Assembly (NCBI GenBank): GCA_017443235.1
Contig: JAFSOV010000014.1
Coordinates: 1,867-65,866 of the forward strand
Direction: 5' to 3'
DNA length: 64,000 nt
DNA from: Alphaproteobacteria bacterium
GTDB taxonomy: Bacteria; Pseudomonadota; Alphaproteobacteria; Rs-D84
The notes under the pieces were generated by a model. It made no database searches and was not told the DNA's origin. It saw only the letters and a program-made list of their open reading frames with translations. How positions within the stretch are numbered: the stretch's first letter is position 1; each line of letters begins with the position of its first letter. The position numbers and the translations under genes were made by a program. Below are positions 1-8,871 of the stretch, piece by piece.

Positions 1-72
1 GTACGAAGATGAAACCGGATTTTTTAAATTGGGTACCAATGCCAGCCTGTGCGAATAGTTTTTGAAGCATAT

Positions 73-102
73 AAAAAAACCGCCCTGTTTTGGGCGGTTT
101 TT
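73..102. terminator. Bidirectional rho-independent terminator downstream of tig
   Basis: GC stem CCGCCC (80-85) / GGGCGG (92-97). An A-run precedes it and a T-run follows, so it reads as a terminator on both strands. It lies 20 nt below the tig stop. Confidence 0.6.
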
Positions 103-122
103 GGTTTTGATTTGTTGTTTTG

Positions 123-1433
123 TTATTTCGCCTTGGCCGGTTTGAACAGTTCGGTTGGTTTAACCGCCTTTTCTTTTGTCTTAACATGCGTCAGCATTGC
201 ATCCAACGCCTTGCGTTCGAAAATCATTCCGCGCAGCATGGTCAGGGCATTTTGATTCTTGTTATAGAATTCAAAAATCTGTTTCGGATCCGGATAACGT
301 GCGGCCTCGGCCCAGATGGCATTCTGCAAATCATCACGTGTGACTTCGACCTTGTTCGCGCTGCCCCACTCGGCCAAAATAAGGCCCAATTTCACGCGGC
401 GTTCGGCCTCGCGACGTTCTTTCTTTTCATCAAATTTGCAATCGCCATCACATTTGCCTTCACAGTGCGCGTGATGATGTTCATGTTCATCTTTGGCCAT
501 TTGTAATTCTTGGGCGACCACGACTTCGGGTAAATCCAATTTAACCTTGTCCGCCAAGATATCCAATAATTCATTGCGCATTTCGGCTTTGGCGGCCTCG
601 CTATATTGTTCGTTCAATATATTGCGGATATGTTCGCGCAATTTATCGACCGTGTCAAAACCAATAGATTTTGCGAATTCATCATTTAATTCCGGCAAGA
701 TATGTTTGCGAACTTCATGAACCTTGACCGCGAAACGTGCCGATTTGCCCGCCAAGTTATCGGCGTGGTAATCGCGCGGGAATTTTACATTGACATCAAA
801 TTCATCGCCCGATTTGTGACCGATAATTTGATCTTCGAAACCCGGAATAAAGGAACCAGATCCCAAAACCAAGTGATGCATTTTTGCGGCGCCGCCTTCG
901 AATGCGTCTTGACCAATGTATCCGGTAAAGTCAATAACCGCGGTGTCACCGTTTTCGGCCTTGTACGCGTCCGGTTGTTTTTCGGCGGTGCTGCGTGCGC
1001 GACGCAGGTTTTCCAATGCTTTTTCTACTTCGGCCTCGTCCAATTTAGTTGTTTTCTTGGTGACCGTGAATTTTTCCAAATCAATTTCCGGCAAAGTCGG
1101 CAAAATGTCAAATTCCAGAGTATATTCGGCGTCCGCCCCAATTTCCCATTTCCCCAGGTCGGCACGTGGCGCACCCGCAAGGCGGATTTTTTTGTCGGTC
1201 GCGTACTTTTCCAAATCCGCGTTCATCAATTTATCAATTGCATCCGCCATGGCGTTCGCGTTATATTTTTGACGCAGAACAGTCAATGGCACGTGGCCCG
1301 CCCGGAACCCCGGCATTTTGACGTCCGCCCCGTATTTTTCCAATATTTTATCGGCGGCGGCCTGAATTTCATCGGCGGTCAGCACGCCGGTCACAGAATA
1401 ATGTAAATCTTTGATTTTTTCTTTTTTAATCAT
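123..1433 (-). CDS. tig: Trigger factor (ribosome-associated chaperone / PPIase)
   Basis: Full-length trigger-factor-like translation, including PGFRAGHVP and the central FKBP-like region FPGFEDQIIGHKSGDEF. Start placed at the internal ATG (MIKKEKI), which follows AAGGGA; the track ORF extends to 1466. Confidence 0.9.
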   Translation of the reverse strand: MIKKEKIKDLHYSVTGVLTADEIQAAADKILEKYGADVKMPGFRAGHVPLTVLRQKYNANAMADAIDKLMNADLEKYATDKKIRLAGAPRADLGKWEIGADAEYTLEFDILPTLPEIDLEKFTVTKKTTKLDEAEVEKALENLRRARSTAEKQPDAYKAENGDTAVIDFTGYIGQDAFEGGAAKMHHLVLGSGSFIPGFEDQIIGHKSGDEFDVNVKFPRDYHADNLAGKSARFAVKVHEVRKHILPELNDEFAKSIGFDTVDKLREHIRNILNEQYSEAAKAEMRNELLDILADKVKLDLPEVVVAQELQMAKDEHEHHHAHCEGKCDGDCKFDEKKERREAERRVKLGLILAEWGSANKVEVTRDDLQNAIWAEAARYPDPKQIFEFYNKNQNALTMLRGMIFERKALDAMLTHVKTKEKAVKPTELFKPAKAK

Positions 1434-1521
1434 AATTTTCCCTTTATATACAGATTTGCCGGGCAATTATACACGCATTTTTTTACGAATTCAACATATT
1501 TTGCAACTGGTTGTGTGCCAA

Positions 1522-1550
1522 TAAAAAACCGCCCGATTGGGCGTTTTTTT
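1522..1550 (-). terminator. Rho-independent terminator after the 1554..2129 gene
   Basis: Stem CGCCC / GGGCG with loop GATT, flanked by A- and T-runs. It lies immediately 3-prime of the minus-strand ORF stop. Confidence 0.55.
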
Positions 1551-1553
1551 AAT

Positions 1554-2129
1554 TTAGTTTATACTCCACAATAAACAATTTTCGTCCGTTTCTTCGGCGT
1601 TGTCCAGATAGCGCGTACAGGTCATTTTGTCTTGTTTTTCTGTCATTGCCGCCATAGTTGGAATATATTGGGATGCATCACGAGAAGAATTCATGGCGTC
1701 CGCAGAATTTACCGTTAGCAAATGGTCAAACGCGACCTGGTTATTGCTAGAAAATACCGGAATCCAGTGATAACTAGATGTAGCATCTGCAAGAGGGGTA
1801 TATTCAATTCCATTACTAAGATAAGTAAGTGCTTTAGTTAACATATCCATTGTTGGTAAATAATCTTTATAATATGCATAATTTGAATTTGCAGTTTGTG
1901 CCGCATAACGGGCATAGTTGGCATTATATAATCCTCGTTCGCCAACTGTGCCGGCATCACTGGTATATGCAACAACACTGCCCGAATTAACGGTTCCTGC
2001 GGGGATTTTTGATTGAAAATTTGTGTCAACATAACTTTGTGTCGTGATGGTTGACGTTGTTGTTTCCGCAAATGCGTTGATTGTTAAAACGGATGCAATT
2101 ACACCGATGCTAAGAATTGAAATCCTCAT
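1554..2129 (-). CDS. Secreted hypothetical protein with a tail-fibre-like YVD motif
   Basis: 191-aa ORF with signal peptide MRISILSIGVIASVLTINAFA/ETT. SYVDTNFQSKIPAG resembles the YVD..K motifs in the 58102 and 60470 proteins. No enzymatic motif seen. Confidence 0.6.
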   Translation of the reverse strand: MRISILSIGVIASVLTINAFAETTTSTITTQSYVDTNFQSKIPAGTVNSGSVVAYTSDAGTVGERGLYNANYARYAAQTANSNYAYYKDYLPTMDMLTKALTYLSNGIEYTPLADATSSYHWIPVFSSNNQVAFDHLLTVNSADAMNSSRDASQYIPTMAAMTEKQDKMTCTRYLDNAEETDENCLLWSIN

Positions 2130-2176
2130 ATTCCCTTCCTTTGTTATGCTTGTTTTTTATACATAAAATAGTGTAA

Positions 2177-2201
2177 CAAAAAGGTACCTTTTTTGTGACC
2201 A
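2177..2201. promoter_or_regulatory. Palindromic box 1, AAAAAGGTACCTTTTT followed by TGTGACCA; candidate operator
   Basis: Perfect 16-bp palindrome 48 nt upstream of the 1554..2129 start. A second copy lies about 86 nt away. Confidence 0.4.
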
Positions 2202-2261
2202 GGGGTCAGTTTTTGTAAGTGATTGATTTTACTGAATCGGAATTTCTAAAAAAAGTGGTGG

Positions 2262-2290
2262 ACAAAAAAGGTACGTTTTTTGTGACCACC
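2262..2290. promoter_or_regulatory. Palindromic box 2, AAAAAAGGTACGTTTTTT followed by TGTGACCA; candidate operator
   Basis: Near-identical direct copy of box 1 with one central mismatch. It lies between the rpsI terminator and the 1554..2129 gene. Confidence 0.4.
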
Positions 2291-2296
2291 CTGCGC

Positions 2297-2336
2297 ACAA
2301 AAACCGGCGGAAATCCGCCGGTTTTGTGTTTTTTGT
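2297..2336 (-). terminator. Rho-independent terminator after rpsI
   Basis: Stem AAAACCGGCGG / CCGCCGGTTTT with loop AAAT. A T-run follows on the minus strand. Confidence 0.6.
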
Positions 2337-2354
2337 TCCCAAACAAACGATAGA

Positions 2355-2894
2355 TTAACGTTTGCTGAACTGGGTTGAACGACGTGCCTTGCGGAAACCA
2401 TAGTGTTTACGTTCGACAACACGGCTGTCGCGGGTCAAGAACCCGGCCGCCTTTAATGCCGGACGTAAATCCGATTCGGCCTTTTCCAATGCCTTGGAAA
2501 TACCGTGTTTTACCGCGCCGGCCTGGCCCGACAGGCCACCACCCATAACCATTACGAATGCATCATATGCGCCTTCGCGTTTTGTCACCGCAAATGGTTG
2601 ATTCAAAATCATTTGCAAAACCGGACGGCGGAAATATTCCGTCATCGGGCGGTCGTTGATAACAATGTTGCCACGGCCCGGCATCAAATATACACGTGCA
2701 ACGGAATCTTTACGTTTTCCGGTCGCATAAATCGCGTTATTCAATTTCGGTGTTGCAACCGCCGTTGCGGCTTTCGCCGCCGCGGTTTTTGTGGTTGTTT
2801 TTTTGGTCGCCGTTGCCTTTTTGGTTGCCGGGGCGGCTTTCTTTGTAGTTGTCGCCTTTTTGGTGGCGGTTGTCTTTTTTGTATCTGTTGCCAT
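2355..2894 (-). CDS. rpsI: 30S ribosomal protein S9 with a Lys/Thr/Ala-rich N-terminal extension of about 50 aa
   Basis: C-terminal 125 aa are canonical S9: [29 protein letters not shown], ending [12 protein letters not shown]. The start overlaps the rplM stop by 1 nt (TAATG). Confidence 0.93.
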   Translation of the reverse strand: MATDTKKTTATKKATTTKKAAPATKKATATKKTTTKTAAAKAATAVATPKLNNAIYATGKRKDSVARVYLMPGRGNIVINDRPMTEYFRRPVLQMILNQPFAVTKREGAYDAFVMVMGGGLSGQAGAVKHGISKALEKAESDLRPALKAAGFLTRDSRVVERKHYGFRKARRSTQFSKR

Positions 2895-3367
2895 TATTCG
2901 CCCCTTTTGTTTTTACGATTCAAACCCGCAAAATCAATAACAATTGGATTTTGTGCGGCATGTTTGTGTTCCGCACCCGCATACACGTGCAGTTTGGTCA
3001 GGCGTTTGTCCGCCAATGCCACCGCCGTGCGACGGCCCATCATACGCTTAACCGCGTTTTTAACCAACAAAGTCGGTTTTTCCGCGCGCATTTGGCCCAA
3101 TGTGCGTTCTTTGATTCCGCCCGGGTATGTTGTGTGCCAATAGAATTTTGTTTTGTCGGCCTTGGTTCCCGAAAGTGCCACTTTGTCGGCATTGATAATA
3201 ATCACATGATCGCCGCAATCCATATTCGGTGTCCATGTGGCCTTGTTTTTGCCGCGCAGGATGTTCGCAGTATATGCCGCCAAACGCCCCAACGTGCAAT
3301 CGGTCGCGTCAATCAAATACCATTTGGCATCCAATTCACACTTTTTTAACGATTTTGTCGCCATCAT
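2894..3367 (-). CDS. rplM: 50S ribosomal protein L13
   Basis: L13-like translation ([27 protein letters not shown]). Start set at the internal MMATKS; the track ORF reaches 3466. Confidence 0.93.
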   Translation of the reverse strand: MMATKSLKKCELDAKWYLIDATDCTLGRLAAYTANILRGKNKATWTPNMDCGDHVIIINADKVALSGTKADKTKFYWHTTYPGGIKERTLGQMRAEKPTLLVKNAVKRMMGRRTAVALADKRLTKLHVYAGAEHKHAAQNPIVIDFAGLNRKNKRGE

Positions 3368-3538
3368 TTTTGTTTTACCTTTGGTTTGTTTTAAAAAGTT
3401 CGCCCTATTATGTCGCAACCTCCCGGAAAAGTCAAGAAAAATCGATATGGTATTATTGTACCGCAAAATAAAAAAACTTGATAATGGCGCGATTGTTTGA
3501 TAACCTTGTATCTGCTTAGTTTATTACAGGGGTGCATT

Positions 3539-5944
3539 ATGGCAACAGATGATATCAAGAAAGTAATTGAACGCGAAGAAAAATGGCAGCGGCGTTGGCG
3601 CGATGCGCACGCGTTTGTGCCGAAAAACGACGGTTCAAAGCCAAAGTATTATAATCTTATTGAATTTCCTTTCCCGTCGGGTTCGGGTTTGCATGTCGGT
3701 CACATGTTGCCGTATACTGGGATGGATGTTATGGCGCGCTATAAACGTATGCGTGGGTATGATGTATTATTCCCGATTGGATATGATTCTATGGGGATTT
3801 CATCTGAAAAGTATGCAACCAAAATTGGAAAGCATCCGCGGGATTCTGTGGCAGAACTGATTAAGATTTTTGAAAAAGATATTTCTGTTATGGGGTTGTC
3901 TTTTGATCCGGAATCCAAAATTGCGACATCGGACCCAGAGTATATCAAATGGACCCAATGGATGTTTATTCAATTTTGGCGTGCGGGACTCGCGTATAAA
4001 TCTGAATTGCCAATGAATTGGTGCCCGAATTGTCGGACGAATTTGACCAATGAAGAATTGGAAGATGGATGCTGTGAACGTTGCCATGGACCGGTCGAAA
4101 AAAAGATGAAATTACAATGGAATCTGGCTATTACCAAATATGCCGATCGGTTAATTGATGATTTGGCGTTGGTAGATTATCCGGAAAAAGTTAAAATTAT
4201 GCAGGAAAATTGGATTGGGCGTTCATATGGTGCCGATGTAGATTTTCGTGTTGGGGACGATATTATGACGGTCTATACCACGCGTGTGGATACTATATTT
4301 GGTGTGACATTCTGTGTTATTGCGCCCGAACATAAATTGGTTAAAAAATGGTTGGACGAATGCCGAATTAAGAATGTTGATGCGGTTCGTGAATATATCG
4401 CGGCGGCTAAAGCAAAGTCAGAAATAGAACGCACCGATGTTACAAAAGACAAGACGGGTGTTCGTTTGGACAGTGTTATGGCGACAAATCCATTTAATGG
4501 TCGTGAAATTCCAATCTTTATTTCCGACTATGTTTTGGCGGACTATGGTTTTGGTGCAATTATGGCGGTGCCGGCGCATGATTCGCGCGACTGGGACTTT
4601 GCCAAGAAATTTGGTCTGGAAATAATCCCTGTCTTGGCGGGTGGCGAACCGGATAAAGTCTGGGAAGGTGACGGCACGCATATAAATTCGGAATTCTTGA
4701 ATGGTATGGATAAAGAAACCGCGATTGCCACCGCAATAAAATATGGAACCGAACGTGGTTTTGCGCGTGGGACAAAAAAATATAAATTAAAAGATTGGGG
4801 TTTTTCACGTCAAATGTATTGGGGTGAACCAATTCCGATGGTATATTGTGAAAAATGTGGCTGGCAACCGATTCCCGAATCCGAACTGCCGTTGTTGCAA
4901 CCGTATATGGAAGATTACAAACCAACAGATACGGGTGAAAGCCCGTTGGCGCGTGCAACCGATTGGATAAAAACAACATGTCCAAAATGTGGTGGTGTGG
5001 CAAAACGTGAAACAGATACTATGCCGCAATGGGCGGGGTCTTCGTGGTATTTTATGCGTTATCTGGATCCGCGCAACGATAAAGAATTCTGTTCGCGCGC
5101 GCAACTTGATAAATGGATGCCGGTTGACCATTACAATGGTGGTATGGAACATACGACACGGCACCTGCTCTATTCGCGTTTTTGGTATAAAGCATTGGCG
5201 GATTTAGGGTATGTGCCGGGCGTGGAGCCGTACAAAAAACGCACCAGTAATGGCCTTATTATGGGTGCGGATGGGCAAAAGATGTCCAAATCGCGCGGAA
5301 ATGTGGTACCTTCGTCCGATGTGGTTGCGCGTGTGGGGGCGGATGCATGCAGGTTGGCGATTTTGTACCTTGCACCGTGGGAACAGAATAATATGAATTG
5401 GTCCGAAGACACATTGCGCGGGGTTGAACGTTTCTTGCGCCGTGTCGAGGCGGCGTTTGATGGCGTGACAAATGATGCACCGACGGCGGAACAAGATATT
5501 TTGGTAAATCGTTTAATTGCCGATGTGACCGAACGTTTGGATGGTATGAAATTTAATACGGCGATTTCCGCGATGATGGAATTTATAAATGAATTTCCGG
5601 GCGGAAAAATGCCGCGCCGTGCGTATGAAGTGTTGATTCAAATGTTGAACCCGTTTGCACCGCATTTGACCGAAGAAATGTGGGAAAAATTGGGGCGCGC
5701 GGATATGTTGGTGTTTGAACCGTGGCCGACATTCGATGCGTCTAAATTGGTTGAAACAACCGCAACATTTGCGGTGACGGTAAATGGCAAACGCGTTGCC
5801 GAATTTGTGGCAGATTTGAACGCAGATAATGAAACGCTGGTTGCCCTGGCCCGTGCGGCGGCGGGTGCCCGGATTGCCGGCACGGAAATCATTAAAACCA
5901 TCGTCGTGCCAAAGAAATTGGTGAATTTTGTTGTAAAGAAATAA
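3539..5944 (+). CDS. leuS: Leucyl-tRNA synthetase
   Basis: Class I signatures present: HVGH (PSGSGLHVGHMLPY) and KMSKS (QKMSKSRGN). Overall length and layout fit LeuS. Start at MATDDIKK. Confidence 0.95.
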   Translation: MATDDIKKVIEREEKWQRRWRDAHAFVPKNDGSKPKYYNLIEFPFPSGSGLHVGHMLPYTGMDVMARYKRMRGYDVLFPIGYDSMGISSEKYATKIGKHPRDSVAELIKIFEKDISVMGLSFDPESKIATSDPEYIKWTQWMFIQFWRAGLAYKSELPMNWCPNCRTNLTNEELEDGCCERCHGPVEKKMKLQWNLAITKYADRLIDDLALVDYPEKVKIMQENWIGRSYGADVDFRVGDDIMTVYTTRVDTIFGVTFCVIAPEHKLVKKWLDECRIKNVDAVREYIAAAKAKSEIERTDVTKDKTGVRLDSVMATNPFNGREIPIFISDYVLADYGFGAIMAVPAHDSRDWDFAKKFGLEIIPVLAGGEPDKVWEGDGTHINSEFLNGMDKETAIATAIKYGTERGFARGTKKYKLKDWGFSRQMYWGEPIPMVYCEKCGWQPIPESELPLLQPYMEDYKPTDTGESPLARATDWIKTTCPKCGGVAKRETDTMPQWAGSSWYFMRYLDPRNDKEFCSRAQLDKWMPVDHYNGGMEHTTRHLLYSRFWYKALADLGYVPGVEPYKKRTSNGLIMGADGQKMSKSRGNVVPSSDVVARVGADACRLAILYLAPWEQNNMNWSEDTLRGVERFLRRVEAAFDGVTNDAPTAEQDILVNRLIADVTERLDGMKFNTAISAMMEFINEFPGGKMPRRAYEVLIQMLNPFAPHLTEEMWEKLGRADMLVFEPWPTFDASKLVETTATFAVTVNGKRVAEFVADLNADNETLVALARAAAGARIAGTEIIKTIVVPKKLVNFVVKK

Positions 5945-6012
5945 AAAAACCGCCCGGATGTCACCCACAAAATTTTTAATTTTGTGGGACCCGAACCGGG
6001 CGGTTGTTTTTT
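5943..6012. terminator. Nested double-hairpin bidirectional terminator between leuS and rpiB
   Basis: Outer stem AACCGCCCGG (5948-5957) / CCGGGCGGTT (5996-6005). Inner stem CCCACAAAAT / ATTTTGTGGG. A-run on the 5-prime side and T-run on the 3-prime side. Confidence 0.6.
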
Positions 6013-6457
6013 ATGAAATCTTTGCAATTCTGCGGCGACGTTTTTCGCAATCGTCAAATGGGCTTTCAAGGAAAGCCTGTGCGCAAAGGAACGCCATTTC
6101 AATATCTATGTCGTCCGCGCCCAATGCCAAAACATTTATGTCATCGTGGAAACGGTCGTCGCGTGCCTGGTCTGGTCTATCGCAACGCGAAGCGCGAATA
6201 TGGCGATAGCGGTTTGCGGCAATCTGGACCCCGGCACCCGTGCCACACACCAATATTCCACGTGTTTCCGGTTCGCCATCCATTGCGTCCGCCAATGTCT
6301 TGGCAACATCGGGAAAATCCACCGGTGTATTCAAATCGTCGGTCCCCAGGTTCACCATATTATACCCCAGTGCACTTAACATTTCGATTAAATAGAGTTT
6401 TAACCCTACCCCACGATGGTCGGCGGCAATAAAAACTTTTTCGATTGATTTATTCAT
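6011..6457 (-). CDS. rpiB: Ribose-5-phosphate isomerase B (RpiB/LacA/LacB family)
   Basis: IAADHRGVGLK and ILVCGTGAGVQIAANR motifs; 148 aa. Confidence 0.85.
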   Translation of the reverse strand: MNKSIEKVFIAADHRGVGLKLYLIEMLSALGYNMVNLGTDDLNTPVDFPDVAKTLADAMDGEPETRGILVCGTGAGVQIAANRYRHIRASRCDRPDQARDDRFHDDINVLALGADDIDIEMAFLCAQAFLESPFDDCEKRRRRIAKIS

Positions 6458-6803
6458 GTTTTTTATCCTTGCGTTTTGCCAATTTGCATTCCAGACCCGT
6501 ATTGGCGGTTATGTTCAATGTTCGATATGACAATACCCCGGTCATTTGCGCGTGCGAAAACACATTTGCAATTTCAACCGTTGCCGGGCCGTCCAATGTT
6601 CCGTGCAGAAATAAATTGTCGGCAATAATTTTACCCTGGACCGTGCCCCCGCGGCCAATAACAACCGTTTCGGCGACAATATCGCCAACAATATGTCCGT
6701 GAATTTGAACACTGTGGTCGGTTTTTATATCGCCGGTCAATTTACACCCCGCCCCGATAATTGTTGGGGATGTTTTTTCGTCTGCGTTTGTAAATGCCAA
6801 CAT
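6450..6803 (-). CDS. Bactofilin-family cytoskeletal protein
   Basis: 117 aa of beta-helical bactofilin-type repeats: IIGAGCKLTGDIKTDHSVQIHGHIVGDIVAETVVIGRGGTVQGKIIADNLFLHGTLDG. It overlaps the rpiB start by 8 nt. Confidence 0.8.
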   Translation of the reverse strand: MLAFTNADEKTSPTIIGAGCKLTGDIKTDHSVQIHGHIVGDIVAETVVIGRGGTVQGKIIADNLFLHGTLDGPATVEIANVFSHAQMTGVLSYRTLNITANTGLECKLAKRKDKKHE

Positions 6804-6816
6804 TTTCCTTTCCTTT

Positions 6817-8094
6817 TTATTCTTTTACGAATTTTTCCGGGTCAAATGGATTTCCCTTGTACCGAATTTCATAATGCAGGTGCGGACCCGTCGAACGGCC
6901 CGATGAACCGCCAAGCCCCACAATTGTTCCCGGTCGCACCCAATCGCCACGCGACACGGTTATTTTCGACAGGTGCGCATACAGTGTTGTAAAGCCAAGT
7001 CCATGGTCAATTTCAACCGTTGTGCCGTACCCCACGCGTTCGCCGGCCGATATGACGCGTCCCGGCGCGACCGCCATCAATTCTGTGCCGACTTTGCCGG
7101 CAAAATCTATGCCACGGTGGAATTTAGGCGTACCCGTAAATGGGTCTTGGCGTGTGCCATATTTCGATGTTACGCGCACGTTTTTTACCGGCGCACCCAA
7201 CGGCAATATTCGTCTTAATTTGTTCAGGCCGTTCCACAGTGTTATATCGTTTGCCAATTTTTGATATTTTTCATCCAATTCTTTATCTATTTCCAACGGA
7301 TTGAATGCCGCACCAACCAATTGGTTTGAATATTTATTCGCGTTTTTGACCAATTCGGCCTCGCCCAGGCCCAGTGCGCTTAACGCCCCGTTTATACGCT
7401 TTAATTCACTGCGTAATTCGGCGGTGTTATCGGCGGCCAATTTTGATACCGCATCTACGATTTTTGTGTCGGCCTCAACAACTTTGGCCACGGTTTCCAA
7501 TATTTCAATGTCGCGTTTTTTGATTTCTATGTTTTCGGCACGGGTTAATTCGTATTCAATTGCCAAATCAGATATTTTCGAATATTCGGGTGCATAATCT
7601 TCGTTTGTGAACATTTCGGTTATGCGGGTTTTCAAGAAATCTAATTCGCCCCACGTTTTAAGACGTTCATTGATTAAATCTTCTTTTTGTGCATCGGTCA
7701 GTTTTTTATCTTTTAACAGTTTATCGTCTATAACGTTGATATTCTTGGTCAGGTCGTTGTATTTGCCCAGGTAATTCCGTAAATCTATCATATGGGTGGC
7801 GTATTTTTCCCGCATCTGTTCCAATTGCTGGGTCCGGTTTTGTAGCATTGGACGGTGATATACAAAAACATATGTTGACCAAGATGCCCATACAATCAAT
7901 CCCGCCTTGGCACAAAATTTTGTGAAACGCCAAAAACTGCTTTGATTAAAAGTATAAACATTGCCGCGCGGGGTATCCATAACCGTGAATTCACGTGGTG
8001 GGAAAATCCGCACAATTACGCGCCAAACGGCACGAAAAGGCGCCGTTATAAACGCCCACAGTGATGTAAAATATCGTGTTATAAAATTTATCAT
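6817..8094 (-). CDS. Bitopic M23 (LytM-type) metallopeptidase with a coiled-coil linker
   Basis: N-terminal hydrophobic segment, long coiled-coil region, then a C-terminal M23 domain. Both metal-binding motifs look intact: HRGIDFAG (HxxxD) and HLHYEI (HxH). Confidence 0.88.
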   Translation of the reverse strand: MINFITRYFTSLWAFITAPFRAVWRVIVRIFPPREFTVMDTPRGNVYTFNQSSFWRFTKFCAKAGLIVWASWSTYVFVYHRPMLQNRTQQLEQMREKYATHMIDLRNYLGKYNDLTKNINVIDDKLLKDKKLTDAQKEDLINERLKTWGELDFLKTRITEMFTNEDYAPEYSKISDLAIEYELTRAENIEIKKRDIEILETVAKVVEADTKIVDAVSKLAADNTAELRSELKRINGALSALGLGEAELVKNANKYSNQLVGAAFNPLEIDKELDEKYQKLANDITLWNGLNKLRRILPLGAPVKNVRVTSKYGTRQDPFTGTPKFHRGIDFAGKVGTELMAVAPGRVISAGERVGYGTTVEIDHGLGFTTLYAHLSKITVSRGDWVRPGTIVGLGGSSGRSTGPHLHYEIRYKGNPFDPEKFVKE

Positions 8095-8143
8095 AACGAC
8101 AACAGCATAGTAGAATAATCCGTGATAGTCAAGTCATCACCAT

Positions 8144-8851
8144 TTATCGTGATGTCCTTTGGTTTATGTCAAGAATGTCACATATGGATTTACCATAACG
8201 CAAGATGTCTTCGTTATTCATGGACATACCATCAAACACTTTGGCGTTTGGGGCGCGACCCACCCGTGCGGACACCAATACGCGTTCGGCGATGTTTTTG
8301 TTGCTGAATAACGGTAAAATACGAAAATCGCCACAGTGACGCGTAGTTTCGTAAATAACGGGTGCAATTTTCTGGGCATCAACAATTGTGGCAAACATTC
8401 CGCCCGGTTTGACGCGCGCGATACATTTGCGTGTCCATTGTACCAAATCTGCGTTATGGTGCGCATTGTGTGTGGCGGGTGTACCGTTAAAATAAGGCGG
8501 ATTTGTGATAACTAAATCAAATGTTTGACCGGTGCGCCATGTCATTATATCTGTATTTACAAATTCGGCCGTTTGATGGTTCAGTTCAAAATTTTCCCGT
8601 GCCGCGGCCAACATATCGGGTGATATATCAATTGCCGTCATTTTAATATTCGGTATGCGCGCCATTAAACACAGTGCCACCGCCCCGGAACCCGTGCCAA
8701 CATCTAAAACCGTTTTAGGCGTGGTGTCAACAAACGCCGCCAGCCATACGGCGTCACTGGTTGGGTTGTATATTCCGCGCCGCATTTTCACGCGACCACC
8801 CATAATAGTAAAAATGTCTTGTTTTTCTGTCACGCCTATATAATAATCCAT
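8144..8851 (-). CDS. Class I SAM-dependent N6-adenine methyltransferase, TrmN6/YfiC-like
   Basis: SAM-binding motif VLDVGTGSGAVAL and catalytic NPPY (DLVITNPPYF). Confidence 0.7.
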   Translation of the reverse strand: MDYYIGVTEKQDIFTIMGGRVKMRRGIYNPTSDAVWLAAFVDTTPKTVLDVGTGSGAVALCLMARIPNIKMTAIDISPDMLAAARENFELNHQTAEFVNTDIMTWRTGQTFDLVITNPPYFNGTPATHNAHHNADLVQWTRKCIARVKPGGMFATIVDAQKIAPVIYETTRHCGDFRILPLFSNKNIAERVLVSARVGRAPNAKVFDGMSMNNEDILRYGKSICDILDINQRTSR

Positions 8852-8871
8852 TAAAAATAAAAGGCAAGTTT

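Noticed and set aside
1-69. Possible gene fragment at the window edge. It is either a plus-strand ORF ending at the TAG at 56..58 (…YEDETGFFKLGTNASLCE) or a minus-strand ORF starting at the ATG at 69 (MLQKLFAQAGIGTQFKK…).
   Set aside because: Only about 20 codons are visible and neither translation is recognisable. The terminator at 73..102 fits a convergent plus-strand gene end slightly better, but this cannot be decided from the window.
702-1406. 234-aa plus-strand ORF antisense to tig. Similar long antisense ORFs occur at 2505..3143, 21938..22600, 41028..41675, 45844..46551 and 57792..58487.
   Set aside because: Each lies wholly inside a much better supported gene on the other strand. Their translations are Arg/Cys/Phe-rich and low in complexity, and none has an RBS. 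They are typical shadow ORFs.
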